Under the pieces are notes generated by a model. The model was not told the origin of the DNA, made no database searches, and saw only the letters and a program-made list of their open reading frames with translations. Shown here one piece after another: positions 31,301 through 43,575 of a stretch of 64,000 bases of DNA; positions within the stretch are counted from its first letter, which is position 1, and every line of letters begins with the position of its first letter. A program made the translations under genes and the position numbers. Origin of the DNA: the human T2T-CHM13v2.0 reference genome, Homo sapiens; assembly GCF_009914755.1 (NCBI RefSeq), contig NC_060930.1. The stretch is one strand, 5' to 3'.

Positions 31301-31570
31301 ATTGCCTTATATTCTATAAGATAGAATATGTTCCTTGACAATTTGAGAGAATTTGTCAGTAAAACCACACAGGTCTTTTTATTAGAGAGATTTTTTTCAA
31401 CTCCTTTTTAAATAGAAATATGAGCTTTTTTATTTTGTTTCAGTTCTAAGTCGTCTTTTTCTAGGAATTTACCCTTTTTGTTTAAATTTGCAGAGTTGTC
31501 AGCATATAATTGATGGTATTTATGTATTGTCTTTTGATCTTCTACTGTGTAACTGTGTCCCCTATTTTAT
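28400..31570 (-). mobile_element. Highly diverged old L1 (L1M/L1ME-like) with nested LTRs (MLT1-like ~28855-29215; ERV1 MER34-like ~30593-31068)
   Basis: T-rich antisense L1 3'UTR and ORF2 remnants, with LTR-like inserts of different composition. Confidence 0.6.
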
Positions 31571-31579
31571 GTATGTTGT

Positions 31580-34500
31580 CTTTTTAAAAATTTTAATTTT
31601 GTGGTACATAGTAGGTATATGTATTTATGGGGTATATGAGCTGTTCAGATACAGGCATACAATGCGTAATCACACAGTAAATGGGGTACCCATCACCTCA
31701 AGCATTTAACCTGTGTTACAATCAAGTTATACTTATTTTTAAGTGTACACAAATTGACCATAATCGCCCTGCTGTTCTATCAAATACTAGACCTTATTCT
31801 ATTTTTTTAAACCCATTAATCATCCTCACTTCTCCCTCCTTCTATACTTCAACCTCTGGTAACTGTCATTCTACTGTCTCCATGGATGATTCAATTGTTT
31901 TAATATTTAGCTCCCATAAATAAATGAGAACATTAACGCGATGACCCTTAGTTCCAACCACGTTGCTGCAAACGACAGGATCTCATTTTTATGGGTGACC
32001 AGTACTCCATTGTGTATATGTACCACATTTTCTTTATCCATTTGTCTGTTGATGGACACTTAGATTGGTTCCTAACCTTGGCTATTGTGAACAGTGCTGC
32101 AATAAACATGGTAGTGCAGATCTCTCTTCAGTATACTGGTTTCCTTTCTTTTGGATATATATATCTAGCAGTGGGATTGCTGGATCATATGGTAAGCTCT
32201 AGTTTTAGTTTGGGAAACCTCCCAGCTATTTTCCATAGTGGTTGTACTAATCTAAATTTCCATCAACAGTACCCGAGGGTTCCTTTTTGTCCACATCCTT
32301 GCCAGCGTTTGTTAATGCCTGTCTTTTAAATAAAAGCCACTTCAACTACACAAAGCTACAATGAGATTATCTATTGTAGTTTTGATTTGCATTTCTCTGA
32401 TGATCAATTACATTGAGCACCTTTTCATATACCCATTTGCATGTCTTGAGAAATGTCTGTTCAGATCTTTTGCCCATTTTAAAAGTGGATTAGTAGGGTT
32501 TTTCCCTTTTGAGTTGTTTGAGCTCCTTATATATTCTGGCTGTTAATCCCTTGTTGGATGGATGGTTTATGAATGTTTTATCTCATTCCGTGGGTTGTCT
32601 CCTGTTTCCTTTGCCATGCTAGAGCTTTAACTTGATGTGGTCCCATTTGTCCTATTTTCTTTGGTTGCCTGTGCTTGTGGGGTATTGCTCAATAAATCTT
32701 TGCCCCATCCAATATCCTAGAGAATTTCCCAAATGTTTTTTTTTAGTTTTGGTTTGAGGTCTTAGAGTCTTTAATACGTTTTGATTTGGTCTTTGTATAT
32801 GGCAAGAGATACAAGTCTAGTTTCATTCTTCTGTGTATGGATATTCAGTTTTCCCAGCACTGTTTACTGAAGAGACTGTCCTTTCCCCAATATGTGTTCT
32901 TGGCACCTTTGTCAAATTGAGTTCACTGTAGATATACGGATTTGTTTCTGGATTCTCTATTCTGTTCTATTAGTCTATGTGTTTGTTTTTATGCCACTAC
33001 CATGCTGTTTTGGTTACTATGGCTCTGTAGTATAACTTGAAGTCAGATAATGTGATTCTTTCCTCCAAGTTTGTTCTTTTTGCTCAGGATATCTTTGGCT
33101 ATTCTGGGTCTCTTCTGATTCCATATAAGTTTTAAGATTGTATTTTATATTTCTGTGAAGAACATTATCGGAATTTTGACAGGAATTGCATTGAATCTGT
33201 AGATCGATTTGGGTATTATGAACATTAACAATATTAATTCTTCTAATCCATGAACATGAAATATCTTTCTTTTGTGTCCTCTTAAGTTTCTTGCATCAGT
33301 GTTTTGTAGTTATAGATATCTTTCATTCCCTTGGTTAAATTAATTCCTAGGCATTTAATTTTATTTTAGCTATTGTAAATGGGGTTACTTTGATTTTTTT
33401 TTTCAGATTACTTGCCACTATCATAGAAATGGTACAAATTTTTGATTTTGTACCTTGCAACTTTACTGAATTTATCAATGCTAATAGTTCGATGGGGTCT
33501 TTAGGGTTTTTCCAAATAAGATATCTTCAAACAAGAATTTGATTTCTTCCCTTTCAATTTGGATGCTCTTCATTTCATTCTCTTGTCCAATTGTTCCAGC
33601 TAGGCCTTCTAGTACTATGCTGAACAACAGTGATGAAAATGGGCATCTTTGTCATGTTCTAGATCTTAGAAGAAACACTTAAATTTTTCCCCATTCAGTA
33701 TGATACTAGCTGTGTGGGTCTGACATATATAGTTTTATTATATGTTGATGTATATTCCTTTTATACTCAGTTTCAAGAATTTATTAGGAAGACATGTTGA
33801 ATTTTAATCAAATACTCTTCCAGCATTAATCGAAATGATTTTATGATTTTTGTCCTCCATTCTGTTGACATGATGTATCACATTTATTGGTATTTGTTGA
33901 GCCATCCTTGCAACTCTGGAATAAATCCCACTTAGTCAGGAGGAATGATCTTTTTAATGAGTTGAATTTGGTTTGATAGTATTTTAAGGATTTTTGCATC
34001 AATGTTCATCAGGGATATTGATTTTTTTTTTTGGATGCATCTTTGGTTTTGGTGTCAAGGTAATTCTGGCCTCACAGAATGAGTTTGAAGATACTCCCTC
34101 TATTTTTGGGATAGTTTGAATAGGATTGATTAGTTCTTCTTTTAAATGTTTGGTAAAATTCAGCAGTGAAGTCATCAGGTTTCAAGCTTTTCTTTGATGG
34201 AAGACTTTATGACAGCTTTAATCTCATTTGTTATTGGTCTGTTCAGGTTTTGGATTTCTTGATGATTCAATCTTTGTAGGTTATATGTCTAGAAATTTAT
34301 ACATTTCTTCTAAGTTTACTATAGATGCTTATAGTAGCCTCTAATGATCCTTTGAATTTCTGCACTATCAGTTGTGATGTCTTTATTTTCATCTGATTTT
34401 ATTTGGGTTATCTTTTTATCTTAGTCTGACTGAAGGTTTGTCAATTTTGTTTCTTTCCACAAAACCAACTTTGTTTCATTGATCTTTTATACTGTTTTAT

Positions 34501-35825
34501 TTCAATTTCATTTATTTCTGCTCTCATCCCTATTTCTTCTAATTTTGGGTTTGGTTTGCTCTTGCTTTTCTCATTCTTTAAGAGGCAGCTTTAAGCTTAT
34601 TTGAAGTTTTTTTTTTTGATGTAGGCATTTATAGCTATAAACTTTCTGAAGTTTCACTGTCTCATGGGTTTTGATATGTCAGTTCATTATTTGTTTTGAG
34701 AAACTTCAGTTTTCTTAATCTCTATCCACTCACTGGTCATCCAGAAGTATATTTAATTTCAATGTGTTTGTGTACTTTCTAAAATTTCTTTATTTCTACT
34801 TTTATTCCATTGTGGCTAGAGAAATGTCTCAGTCTCACCCAAGGCCCATAGCATGTACTACTTAGTTATGGCTGATTATTCAGGGTCCAAGGGCTCTTTA
34901 CTCAGCACATAATTAATCCTGCCAGGATTGGGCCCTTCTCTTTAAGATGATGGGTTGTTTTCTGGCCCAGGGTATGTCTAGTAATATCATCTGGGAGCTA
35001 GGGCCTAGAATGGCGGGGGCCTCATGACTTTGCCTTGTGCCTTATCCTACTGTGGCTGAGCTGTATTCAGCTTGCAAGATGAAATACTCTTTACTCTTCC
35101 TTCTCCTCTCAAGAGAAAGAAGTCTCTTTTGGAGCTGTGAGCTGTGCTGTCTGGGGTTGGGAGAAAGGGTGACACAAACACTTTCTTAGCTGCCTGGACT
35201 GGTATCTCACCCAGGTCACGTGTTCCCCAAGTCCACTGGTTCTGAGCCCAGCACAGCACTAGGAATTGCCTAGGGGTTGCAGTCTTTGTGACCCAGGTGG
35301 CCTTTCAAGTTTATTTAGAACTCGAAGACTTTAGCCTTCCACAGCAAGACTTGCTGAAACTCAAGTTGCAACCACTGCGATGAGTAATTCCCCTCTGGCT
35401 AAGGTTGGTAAATGCTCCCTCTGTGGGCACCAGTTGAGTTCTGCCTGGGGTCAGCAGTACTGAGTTCCAATGCAAAGTCCCACAGTCCTGCATTTTCCCT
35501 CCCCCAAATGCAGATTCTCTCCATGCCATGTGGCTGCTGCCAGGCTATAGAAGTAGGGTGCTATGTGCGCTCTTCCCTACTGTGGCCGAGCTGATATCTA
35601 TGTTGCAAGACAAAGTCCCTTTTACTCTTGGAAATTCAAGGCTGTCTTTCCTATTCCCTTCAGTGCCTCTTTTCAGTGATAGGAAGTTAAAACCAGGTAC
35701 TGTGATCCCTCACCTGGTTTTTGGTTCTTATGAAGGGACGTTTTTGTGTAGATGTTAAATTTGGTGTTCCTATAGGGAGGATGATTAGTGGAGGCTTCTA
35801 TTTGGCCATCTTGCTCTGCCTCTTA
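31580..35825 (-). mobile_element. L1MA-type LINE-1: 3'UTR and ORF2 joined at ~34820 directly to its 5'UTR
   Basis: L1MA 3' end (gtggtacatagtaggtatatgtatttatggggta), ORF2 up to the FSDHNGIK region, then L1M 5'UTR-like sequence ending ggccatcttgct. Confidence 0.85.
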
Positions 35826-38567
35826 CTTCTTTTGATCAGTCATATCGGAGGTGTCTATTTTATTATTCATTTCAACAATCTCACTTTAGCTTATCTTATT
35901 GAAGATTTGTTTTTAATTCATGTTTGAGTTTATTCTCTAATTTTGTTGAGTTCTTGACCTTTTGAAAATTCCTGTTTTTAAAAGGTATCTAATAGCTATT
36001 AGCTTTATCACAGAGGCTGTAATATATGTCACCATTCAGTTCTAGGTATTTTTTTGTGTATGGACAAATAGATGTACTCCCCAAATATGTACATGTGATA
36101 TTTTATGTATTCATATGATGTGTAAGGATCAAATCAGGGTAATTGGGATATCTAGCACTTAAATATTCATCTTTTTATGTTAGGAGCATCTGAATTGTTT
36201 TGCATTTTGAAATATATAATAGATTGACAGTCACCCTACTGATCAAACACTAGATCTTATTTCTTCTAGTTGAATGTTTATTTTTACCCGTGAATCAATC
36301 TCACTTTCCCCCTTCCTGGCCTCTGGTAACTGCCAATCTATTCTATCTTCATGAGATCGCTTTTAAGCTCCACATATGAGAACACACAGTATTTGTGTGT
36401 GTGTGTGCGCTTGTGTGTGCTTGGCTTATTTCACTAAACATAATTGCCCCCAGTTCTATGTTGCTAAAAATGACGATTTCATTCTTTAAGACTTAATAGA
36501 TTCCACTGTGTATATATACAACACTATCCATTCATCCATTTATGGAGATTTACATTGATTCCATATTTTGGCTGTTGTGAGTAGTACTGCAACAAACATG
36601 GGAGTGCAGACATTGCTTTATACTTATCTCCTTTTTGTATATACTCAGTGGAATTGCTGGAAGATACAGTAGTTCCATTTTTAGTTTTGAGGAACCTCTA
36701 AACAGTTTTGTGTAGTGGCTGTCTTAATTTACATTCCCACCAACAGCCTATGAGTGTTCCACTTTCTCTACCTCTTCACCAGTATCCATTGTTCCCATGT
36801 TTTTCATAAAAGCCTTCTTAAAGGGGATGAGATGGTATCTCATTGCAGTTTTGGTTTGCATTTATGATTAGTGATGAACATTTTTTCTTATGTGTTGGCC
36901 ATTTGCGCGTCTTGAGAATTATCTATTCTGATGCCCATTTTAAAATCAAATAGAATAGTTTTTCCTACTGAGTTGTCTGAGCTCTTCATATATTCTGGTT
37001 ACCAATCCAGAATATATACCAATGGGTGGTATGTGAGTATTTTTTCCCATTCTGTAGGTTGTCTTTTCACTTTGTTGATTGATTGGCATGCAGAAGCTTT
37101 TTAGTTTGATGTAATTCCTCTTGGTCTCTTTTTGCTTTGGCTGCCTGTGTTTGAGGTCTTACACAGTTTTTGCTGAGACTGATATTAGAGTATTTCCCCA
37201 ATGTTTTATTTTAGTAGTTTCATAGCTTCAGATCTTAAAGTCTTAGTTCTTCAAATGTTCAGAATTCAGCAGGGAAGCCAGCAGGTCCTGGGCTTTTCTT
37301 TGATGGGGGACTTTATGGCTTCAATGTCATTATTTGTTATTGGTCTGGTTTTCTGTTTCTAGATGCTTCAATCTTGGCAGGTTGTGTATGTTCAGGAAAT
37401 TGTCCATTTCTTCTAGGCTTTCCAATTTGTTGATATACAGTTGTTCATAATAGTCTAATGATTCTTTGTATTTTGGTAATCTGTTATGTCTTTTTTCTGA
37501 TTTGACTTATTTGGATTTTCTAAGGAAAAGTTTCAATTCTGTCTTTTCAAAAAGTCAACTATTTCATAGATCTGTGTTTTTTAGCTTCAATTTAATTTAT
37601 TGCTGCTATTTATCTGGGGTAAGATGATCTCATTGTAGTGTTTTATTTCTTTCTTTGATTAGTGATGTTGAACATTTCTTTTATATTCCTATTGGACATT
37701 TGCATATCTTTTGAGATGTTCATGTCCTTTGCCCACTTTTTAATGGATTGTTTTTCCTGTTCTGAATTTATGTCTTCTGGATATTAGTCCTCTGTTGGAT
37801 GCATAGTTTGCAAATATTTTCTCTCATTCAACATCTCTTCACTGTTTTCTTCTGCTGTGTAGAAGTTATAGTTTATGTCCCATCTATTTTGTGTTGCCTG
37901 TGCTTTTGAGGCCTTAGTCATAAATTCTTTGCCTAGATTGATGTCCAGAAGAGTTTACTATAGGTTTTTCTTCTAGCATTTTTATAGTTTGGGTGTTACA
38001 TTTAAGACTTTAGTCTGTTTTGAGTTGGATTTTGTATATAGTGAGAGACGGGGGTTGTTTCACTCTTCTGCATGTGGCTATCCAATTTTCCCAGCACAAT
38101 TTATTGAAGAGGGTGTCCTTTCCCCATTTAAAGTTATTGTCAGCTTTGTCAAAGATCAGATGCCTATAAATATGTAGCTTTATTTCGGGGTTCTGTATTC
38201 TGTTCCAGTATTTTTGTACTAGAAGCATGCTATTTTGCTTACTATAGCCACGTAATACATTTTTAAAGTAATGTGATGCCTCCTACTTTGTTCATTTTTC
38301 TTAAGATTGCTTTGGCTATTCAGGCCCATTTTTGGTTCCATATGAAACAGGATCTTTTTTTCTAATTCTGTGAAGAATATTTTGAAAGGAATTGCAGTAA
38401 GTCTGCAGACTGCTGTGGGCAATATGGTTGTTTTAACAATATTAATCCTTCCAATCCATGAGCATGAGATGTTTTCCATGTGTTTATGTCACCTTCAATT
38501 TCTTGAGTCTTTTGTAGTTTTCTTCATTTTAGGGATCTTTTACTTTCTTGGTTAAGTTTGTTTCTAG

Positions 38568-38910
38568 TTTTCTTTTTTTAATTTGAGATAGAATCTTGTT
38601 CTGTCACCCAGGCCAGGGTGCAGTAGCACGATCTTGGCTCACTGCAACCTCTGTCTCCTGGGTTCAAGCGATTCTCATGCCTTAGCCTCCTGAGTAGCTG
38701 GGGTTACAGGGGTACAGCCACCATTCCAGGCTAACTTTTGCCATTTTTTAAATGGCAAAATCCACGATTACTTTTGCACCAAATATTTTTAGTAGAGATG
38801 GGGTTTCACCATGTTGGCCAGGCTGGTCTCAAACTCCTGACCTCAAGTGACCCACTTGCTTTGGCCTCCCAAAGTTCTGAGATTACAGGTGTGAGCCACC
38901 ATCCCTGGCC
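38568..38910 (-). mobile_element. AluS nested in L1, with MADE1 in its linker
   Basis: Both arms in antisense; TSD-like agtttt flanks. Confidence 0.92.
38736..38782. mobile_element. MADE1 (Hsmar1-derived MITE), truncated
   Basis: ttttgccatt ttttaaatggcaaaa tccacgattacttttgcaccaa matches the centre and one arm of the MADE1 palindrome. Confidence 0.88.
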
Positions 38911-39538
38911 AGTTTTTTGTTTTGTTTTAAGTGTTATAAATGGGATTGCCTTCTTGATTTCTTTCTCAGCTAGACTGGTGTATAGAAAGGCTATGAGTTT
39001 TTATATGTTGACCTTGTTTTTGTCCTGCAAAATTACTGAATTTATCAAATCTAAGTTTTTTAGTGACGTCATTAGGTTTTTCTAGATATAAGATCATATA
39101 TGCAAAGAAGAACAATTTGAATTCCTCTTTTCCAATTTGGATGCCTTTTCTCTTTCCTTATTGCCCTGGTTAGGACTTTCAGTACTGCTGAATTGGAGTG
39201 GTAAGAATGCACATCCTTGTCTCATTCCAATTTTTAAAGGAAAGACTCAACTTTTCTCTGTCTAGTATGTTAGCAGTGGGTTTGTTGTATATAGTTTTTA
39301 TTATTTATTCTATGTCTAGTTTGAGTTTTGTGAAGGGATGTTGAATTTTATCAAGTTCTTTTTCTGTGTCTCTTGACATGATCATATGGTTTCTCTCATT
39401 CTGTTGATGTGACATTTATTTGCATATATTGAACCATCCTTGCATCCCTGGTATTAAAATCCCACTTGATTATATCTTTTTGACGTGCTGTTGGATTCAG
39501 TTTGCTAGTATCTTGTAACAGGTTTTGGCATGTATGTT

Positions 39539-39888
39539 TGATATGGTTTGGCTGTATCCCCACCCAAATCTCATCTTGAATTCCCACATGTTGTGGGAGG
39601 GACCTAGTGGGAGGTAATTGAATCGTACGGGCGAGTCTTTCCCCTGCCATTCTCATGATAGTGAATAAGTCTCATGAGAGCTGATGGTTTTAAAAAGAGG
39701 AATACCCCTGCACAAGCTCTTTGCCTGCTGCCATCCATGTAAGACATGACTTACTTCTCTTTGCCTTCTGCCATGATTGTGAAGCTTCTCCAGCCATGTG
39801 GAACTGTAAGTCCATTAAACTTCCTTATTTTGTATGTTTCCCAGTCTCAGGTATGTCTTTATCAGCAGCATGAAAACGGACTAATACA
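39539..39888 (+). mobile_element. THE1 (THE1B-like) solo LTR nested in L1
   Basis: tgatatggtttggctgt...ggactaataca; perfect 5-bp TSD ATGTT (39534-39538, 39889-39893). Confidence 0.95.
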
Positions 39889-40465
39889 ATGTTCAAGGAT
39901 ACTGGACTGTAGTTTTGTGTCCTTGTTTGGTATCAGGGTGAAGCTGCCCTCATAGAATGAGTTAGGAAGAATTTCCTCCTCTTTGGTTTTTTGAATAGTT
40001 TCAAAAGCACTGATACTAGTTCTTTGTACATTTGGTAGAATTCAGCTATGAATCCAGCCAGTCCTGGGCATCTCTTTGTTGGAAGACTTATTACTGATTC
40101 AATCTCATTACTCATTATTGGTCTGTTCAGGTTTTCTACTTCCTGATTCAGTCTTGGTAGGCTGTGTCTCCAGGTCTCTGATGTTGTGTTTCATATCAGT
40201 TGTAACGTCCTTTTCACTTCTGATTTAGGTCTTCTCTCCCTGACTAGTTAGCAGTTTAACAATTTTACCTTTTTAATAAACTGACTTGTTAATAATTTTA
40301 TGTTTTAAAGTCTTCATTTAATTGTTTTCTTCTGTTAGTTTTTGTTAGTTTTAGTCTTCATTTGATTCAGCTTTTTCTCTTCTGCTACTGGGGGGGGGGG
40401 GGGTTGGCTTATTTTCTCGCTTTCCTACTTCAAGCTGCATTGTTACACTTAATTTATAATCTCCA

Positions 40466-40567
40466 GCTGAAGCAGGAGAATCACTTGAACTTGGGAGGCG
40501 GAGGTTGCAGTAAGCCCAGATCGTGCCACTGCACTCCAGCCTGGGCAACAGAGTGAGAATCTGTCTC
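40466..40567 (+). mobile_element. Alu right-arm fragment without poly-A
   Basis: gctgaagcaggagaatcacttgaac...gagtgagaatctgtctc. Confidence 0.88.
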
Positions 40568-41099
40568 CCTGAACCCCCCACCCCCCCTTTGTTGATGAAG
40601 TCTCCATTGTTGATGAAGGAATTTAATGCTATACACTTCCCTCTTAGCACTGCTTCTGCTGTATCCAGCAGGTTATGTTTCCATTTTCATTTGATTTTAA
40701 CTCCACCTGTCGATAATTCTCCTAGTGAGTTTTGTACATGTATTACAATGAATGCTTACTGTTTTCTAATACCTTAAACTTTTCAGCTTGTCCCACTTTT
40801 TACTGCGGGTATTAAATCCTATTTTTATGTAATATCTATCTTCTTAACATGGCAAGAAATTTAGCATAATCTTACATCCTTTCCCTCCCCCCCACATCTT
40901 CATGATTAATGTTATAGATTAATTCTGGATTATTGTAAATTTAAGATTGTCTTAAAAAATAGCTAAGATAAAAAAATGCATCTGATCATTGTTCTTGTAG
41001 TATATCCTAGATTTATATATTTTTCTGTAAGTATAGTGCTTCATCCAAAACTGCTTTTGACTTGAATAATAAGATGGAATAAGAGGTCTCCAGCCTGCT

Positions 41100-43105
41100 T
41101 CCCCCCAAACAATGATCAGCAGCAAACTCTGGACAAAAGTGTCCTTGTGGGATCATTGAAATAAAGGTAAGGGTTACAAAACCCTGATTATACCCCAGTG
41201 GCAGGCTTGCCAAATGTGGTACTAGCTGTAGACCAAAGATATCCCCATCATGCTAGATACTCATCCCCAGACTCATTTGCCACAGTCTCATAACCACACC
41301 CATCTGCCAGAGGACTTCAGAGTAGCCACGTTCATCTGTGTCCCTAGTAGCAGGCTCACTGACCTCAGATCCAACTATAAATTTTGAAGTAACCCTGTGA
41401 CTTAGCTCCAGCTCTGTTCTACCATGACCCACAGTCAGTCCTTCTCACTCAGGGGTCTAGCAGGAGACATGCTTTTCTGCTCTGGTAAATAAGCCCACCA
41501 ACGTCAAGCCAACTGTAGATCTTCAAAAGCAACCCTGCAGCCTATCTCCAGCTCAACTCTGATCTTAAAGCCCATCTTGATTTCCTAGGGATCTACTCAG
41601 GAGGAGCACACTTGTTCATACTCTTTGTAATGGGCTACTATCTGCAGAGTTAACTTTGGAACTAGAAGTGGCTTCATGACCTGGCCCTTCTCCTACTCAA
41701 CTATGGTCCCATATAGGAAGTCCCTGTTCATCTGGGGATCTAGCAGAAACGAGGCCCACATATGGTTCATTAACAGGCCTGTCAACCAGGGACCAAGCTG
41801 CAGACCCAGTAGCAGCCAGATGTCCTGGGCTCTAGCCCCACTTGACTGTGATCCTGGAGGCAGTATCATCAATTCATGGACCTGGCAGAAGAAGATCTTT
41901 ACCTGACAAAGCCAGTGTGTTAAGATAGGAAGAAGTGTTTGCTCCTTAAAATGCAAGGCCATCAACACAAGACTACATAAATCATGATCAAATGAATATG
42001 ACACTGAAGGCAACTAATAAAGCTCAAGTAACCAATCTTCCCAAAATGAGGATCTATTAGTTGCCTGAAAATATTCATAATTGTTTTAAGGAAGCTTAGT
42101 GAGCTGCAAGAGAAAAGACAACTCAATAAAGTCAGGAAAATACTTGAATAAAATGAGAAGTTCAATAAGTAGAAATCATTTTTAAAGCCAAATAAACATT
42201 CTGGAGCTGGAGAATACAATGGATGAAATGAAATGCAAGAGGGAGCTTCAACAAAATTGATCAAGCAGAAGCAAGCGTCTGAATTTGAAGACTGGTAATA
42301 TAAAATTATCTAGTCAGAGGAGAAGAAATAAAGTGTACGGGATTTGTGGGACAATATCAAGAGAACCAATGTATGCATTAGAGGAGTTCAAAAGGGAGAA
42401 GAGAAAGGGGGCAAAAAGCTTAAAAAAATGGCTGAAAACTTCCCAAATCTGGAGAGGAATATGGACATTCATACCTGTGAAGTTTCAAACATAACCCCAA
42501 AAGATTACATAGACATTATAGTTATCAAAAGTGAAAGACAAAAGTTTGGAAGTCAGCAAGAAAAAAGTGAATCATCTCATACAAGGAAGATCTCAAAGCT
42601 ATCAGCAAATTTCTCAGAATACTTCCAAGGCCAGAAGAGTGTCACAGAATATATTCTAAGAGCTGAAAGAAAAAAAAAAAACTGTCAACCACGACTACTA
42701 CACCTGGCAAAGCCGTCCTTCAAAAACGGAGAGATAAGGACTCAAAAAAATCTGAGGGAGTTTACGGTCAATTGATCTTTGATGTTATAGTCAGGTGCCA
42801 GGAATACACGATGGAAAATGAATAGTATCTTAAATGGTTTTGGGAAAACAAGATATTCACATCCAGAAGAATGTAAATAAGCCATTTTCTCACATCATAA
42901 AAAAAACCCCAAAATGAATTAAAGACTAAAAGACCTATAACCTTGAAACTACTAGAGGAAAACGGGGGAAAAAGCTCAGTGACATTGGTCTGTAGAATAA
43001 TATTTTGGGAGGCTAAGACATCAAAAGCACAGACCATAAAAGGATAGACAAATAGAACTGCATACAACTAAAAGGCTTCTGAACAGCAAAGGAAACAGTA
43101 AAAAG
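41100..43105 (+). mobile_element. Old L1 (L1M): 5' region and ORF1 fused to the distal part of ORF2
   Basis: ORF 42344-42775 is ORF1p-like (WDNIKRTN...MAENFPNL...NLREF), followed at ~42766 by ORF2 GQLIFD-type sequence. Confidence 0.8.
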
Positions 43106-43444
43106 GCAGCAGTACTGGTAGTTAAGAGGAAGTTTTCTAGAAACAGCTGCATTAGTTGGTGCCCTATTTTTCTGCAGTTTCTCACGAGCACAGGGCTTCT
43201 GCACTGCCCTGGTTTTAATCGTGAGGATGCTGCACATTTGTCATGAAACAGATACTCTTATTCATGCTCCTCTATTCTCCCACAGCATATGCACATCAAC
43301 AGTTCCTCCCTTCTGCCTTTAGAGTTTCATCACTTTTGACATTTTCCTGCTTGTTTTTATAGTATTAATCTCGTAGGAAGGAATGAACACCTGTTAGTTT
43401 AGCCCCTCGGTAGGCCCTGTTGGCTTAACATCTCTCTTCCTTCC

Positions 43445-43575
43445 AAACCTATATGAGAGGGTTAGATATTACTCACCCAACTTCAGATAGGAGAAATTAA
43501 GGCTTATGGGGTTCAGTGACCAGCCCAAAGGCCACAATGTCCTCCACACTGACTGTCCTACTTAAGTCTGAGCCA
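43445..43575. mobile_element. MIR fragment
   Basis: cagataggagaaattaaggctt...gttcagtgaccagcccaaaggccaca, the MIR core. Confidence 0.55.

Larger units (their letters stand above)
36050..40700 (-). mobile_element. Composite antisense L1 (L1MA/L1PB-like) segments, with junctions near 37250 and 37612
   Basis: L1 3' end at 36050 and ORF2-like peptides (LIFDKAD...[22 protein letters not shown]); register jumps at the junctions. Confidence 0.85.
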
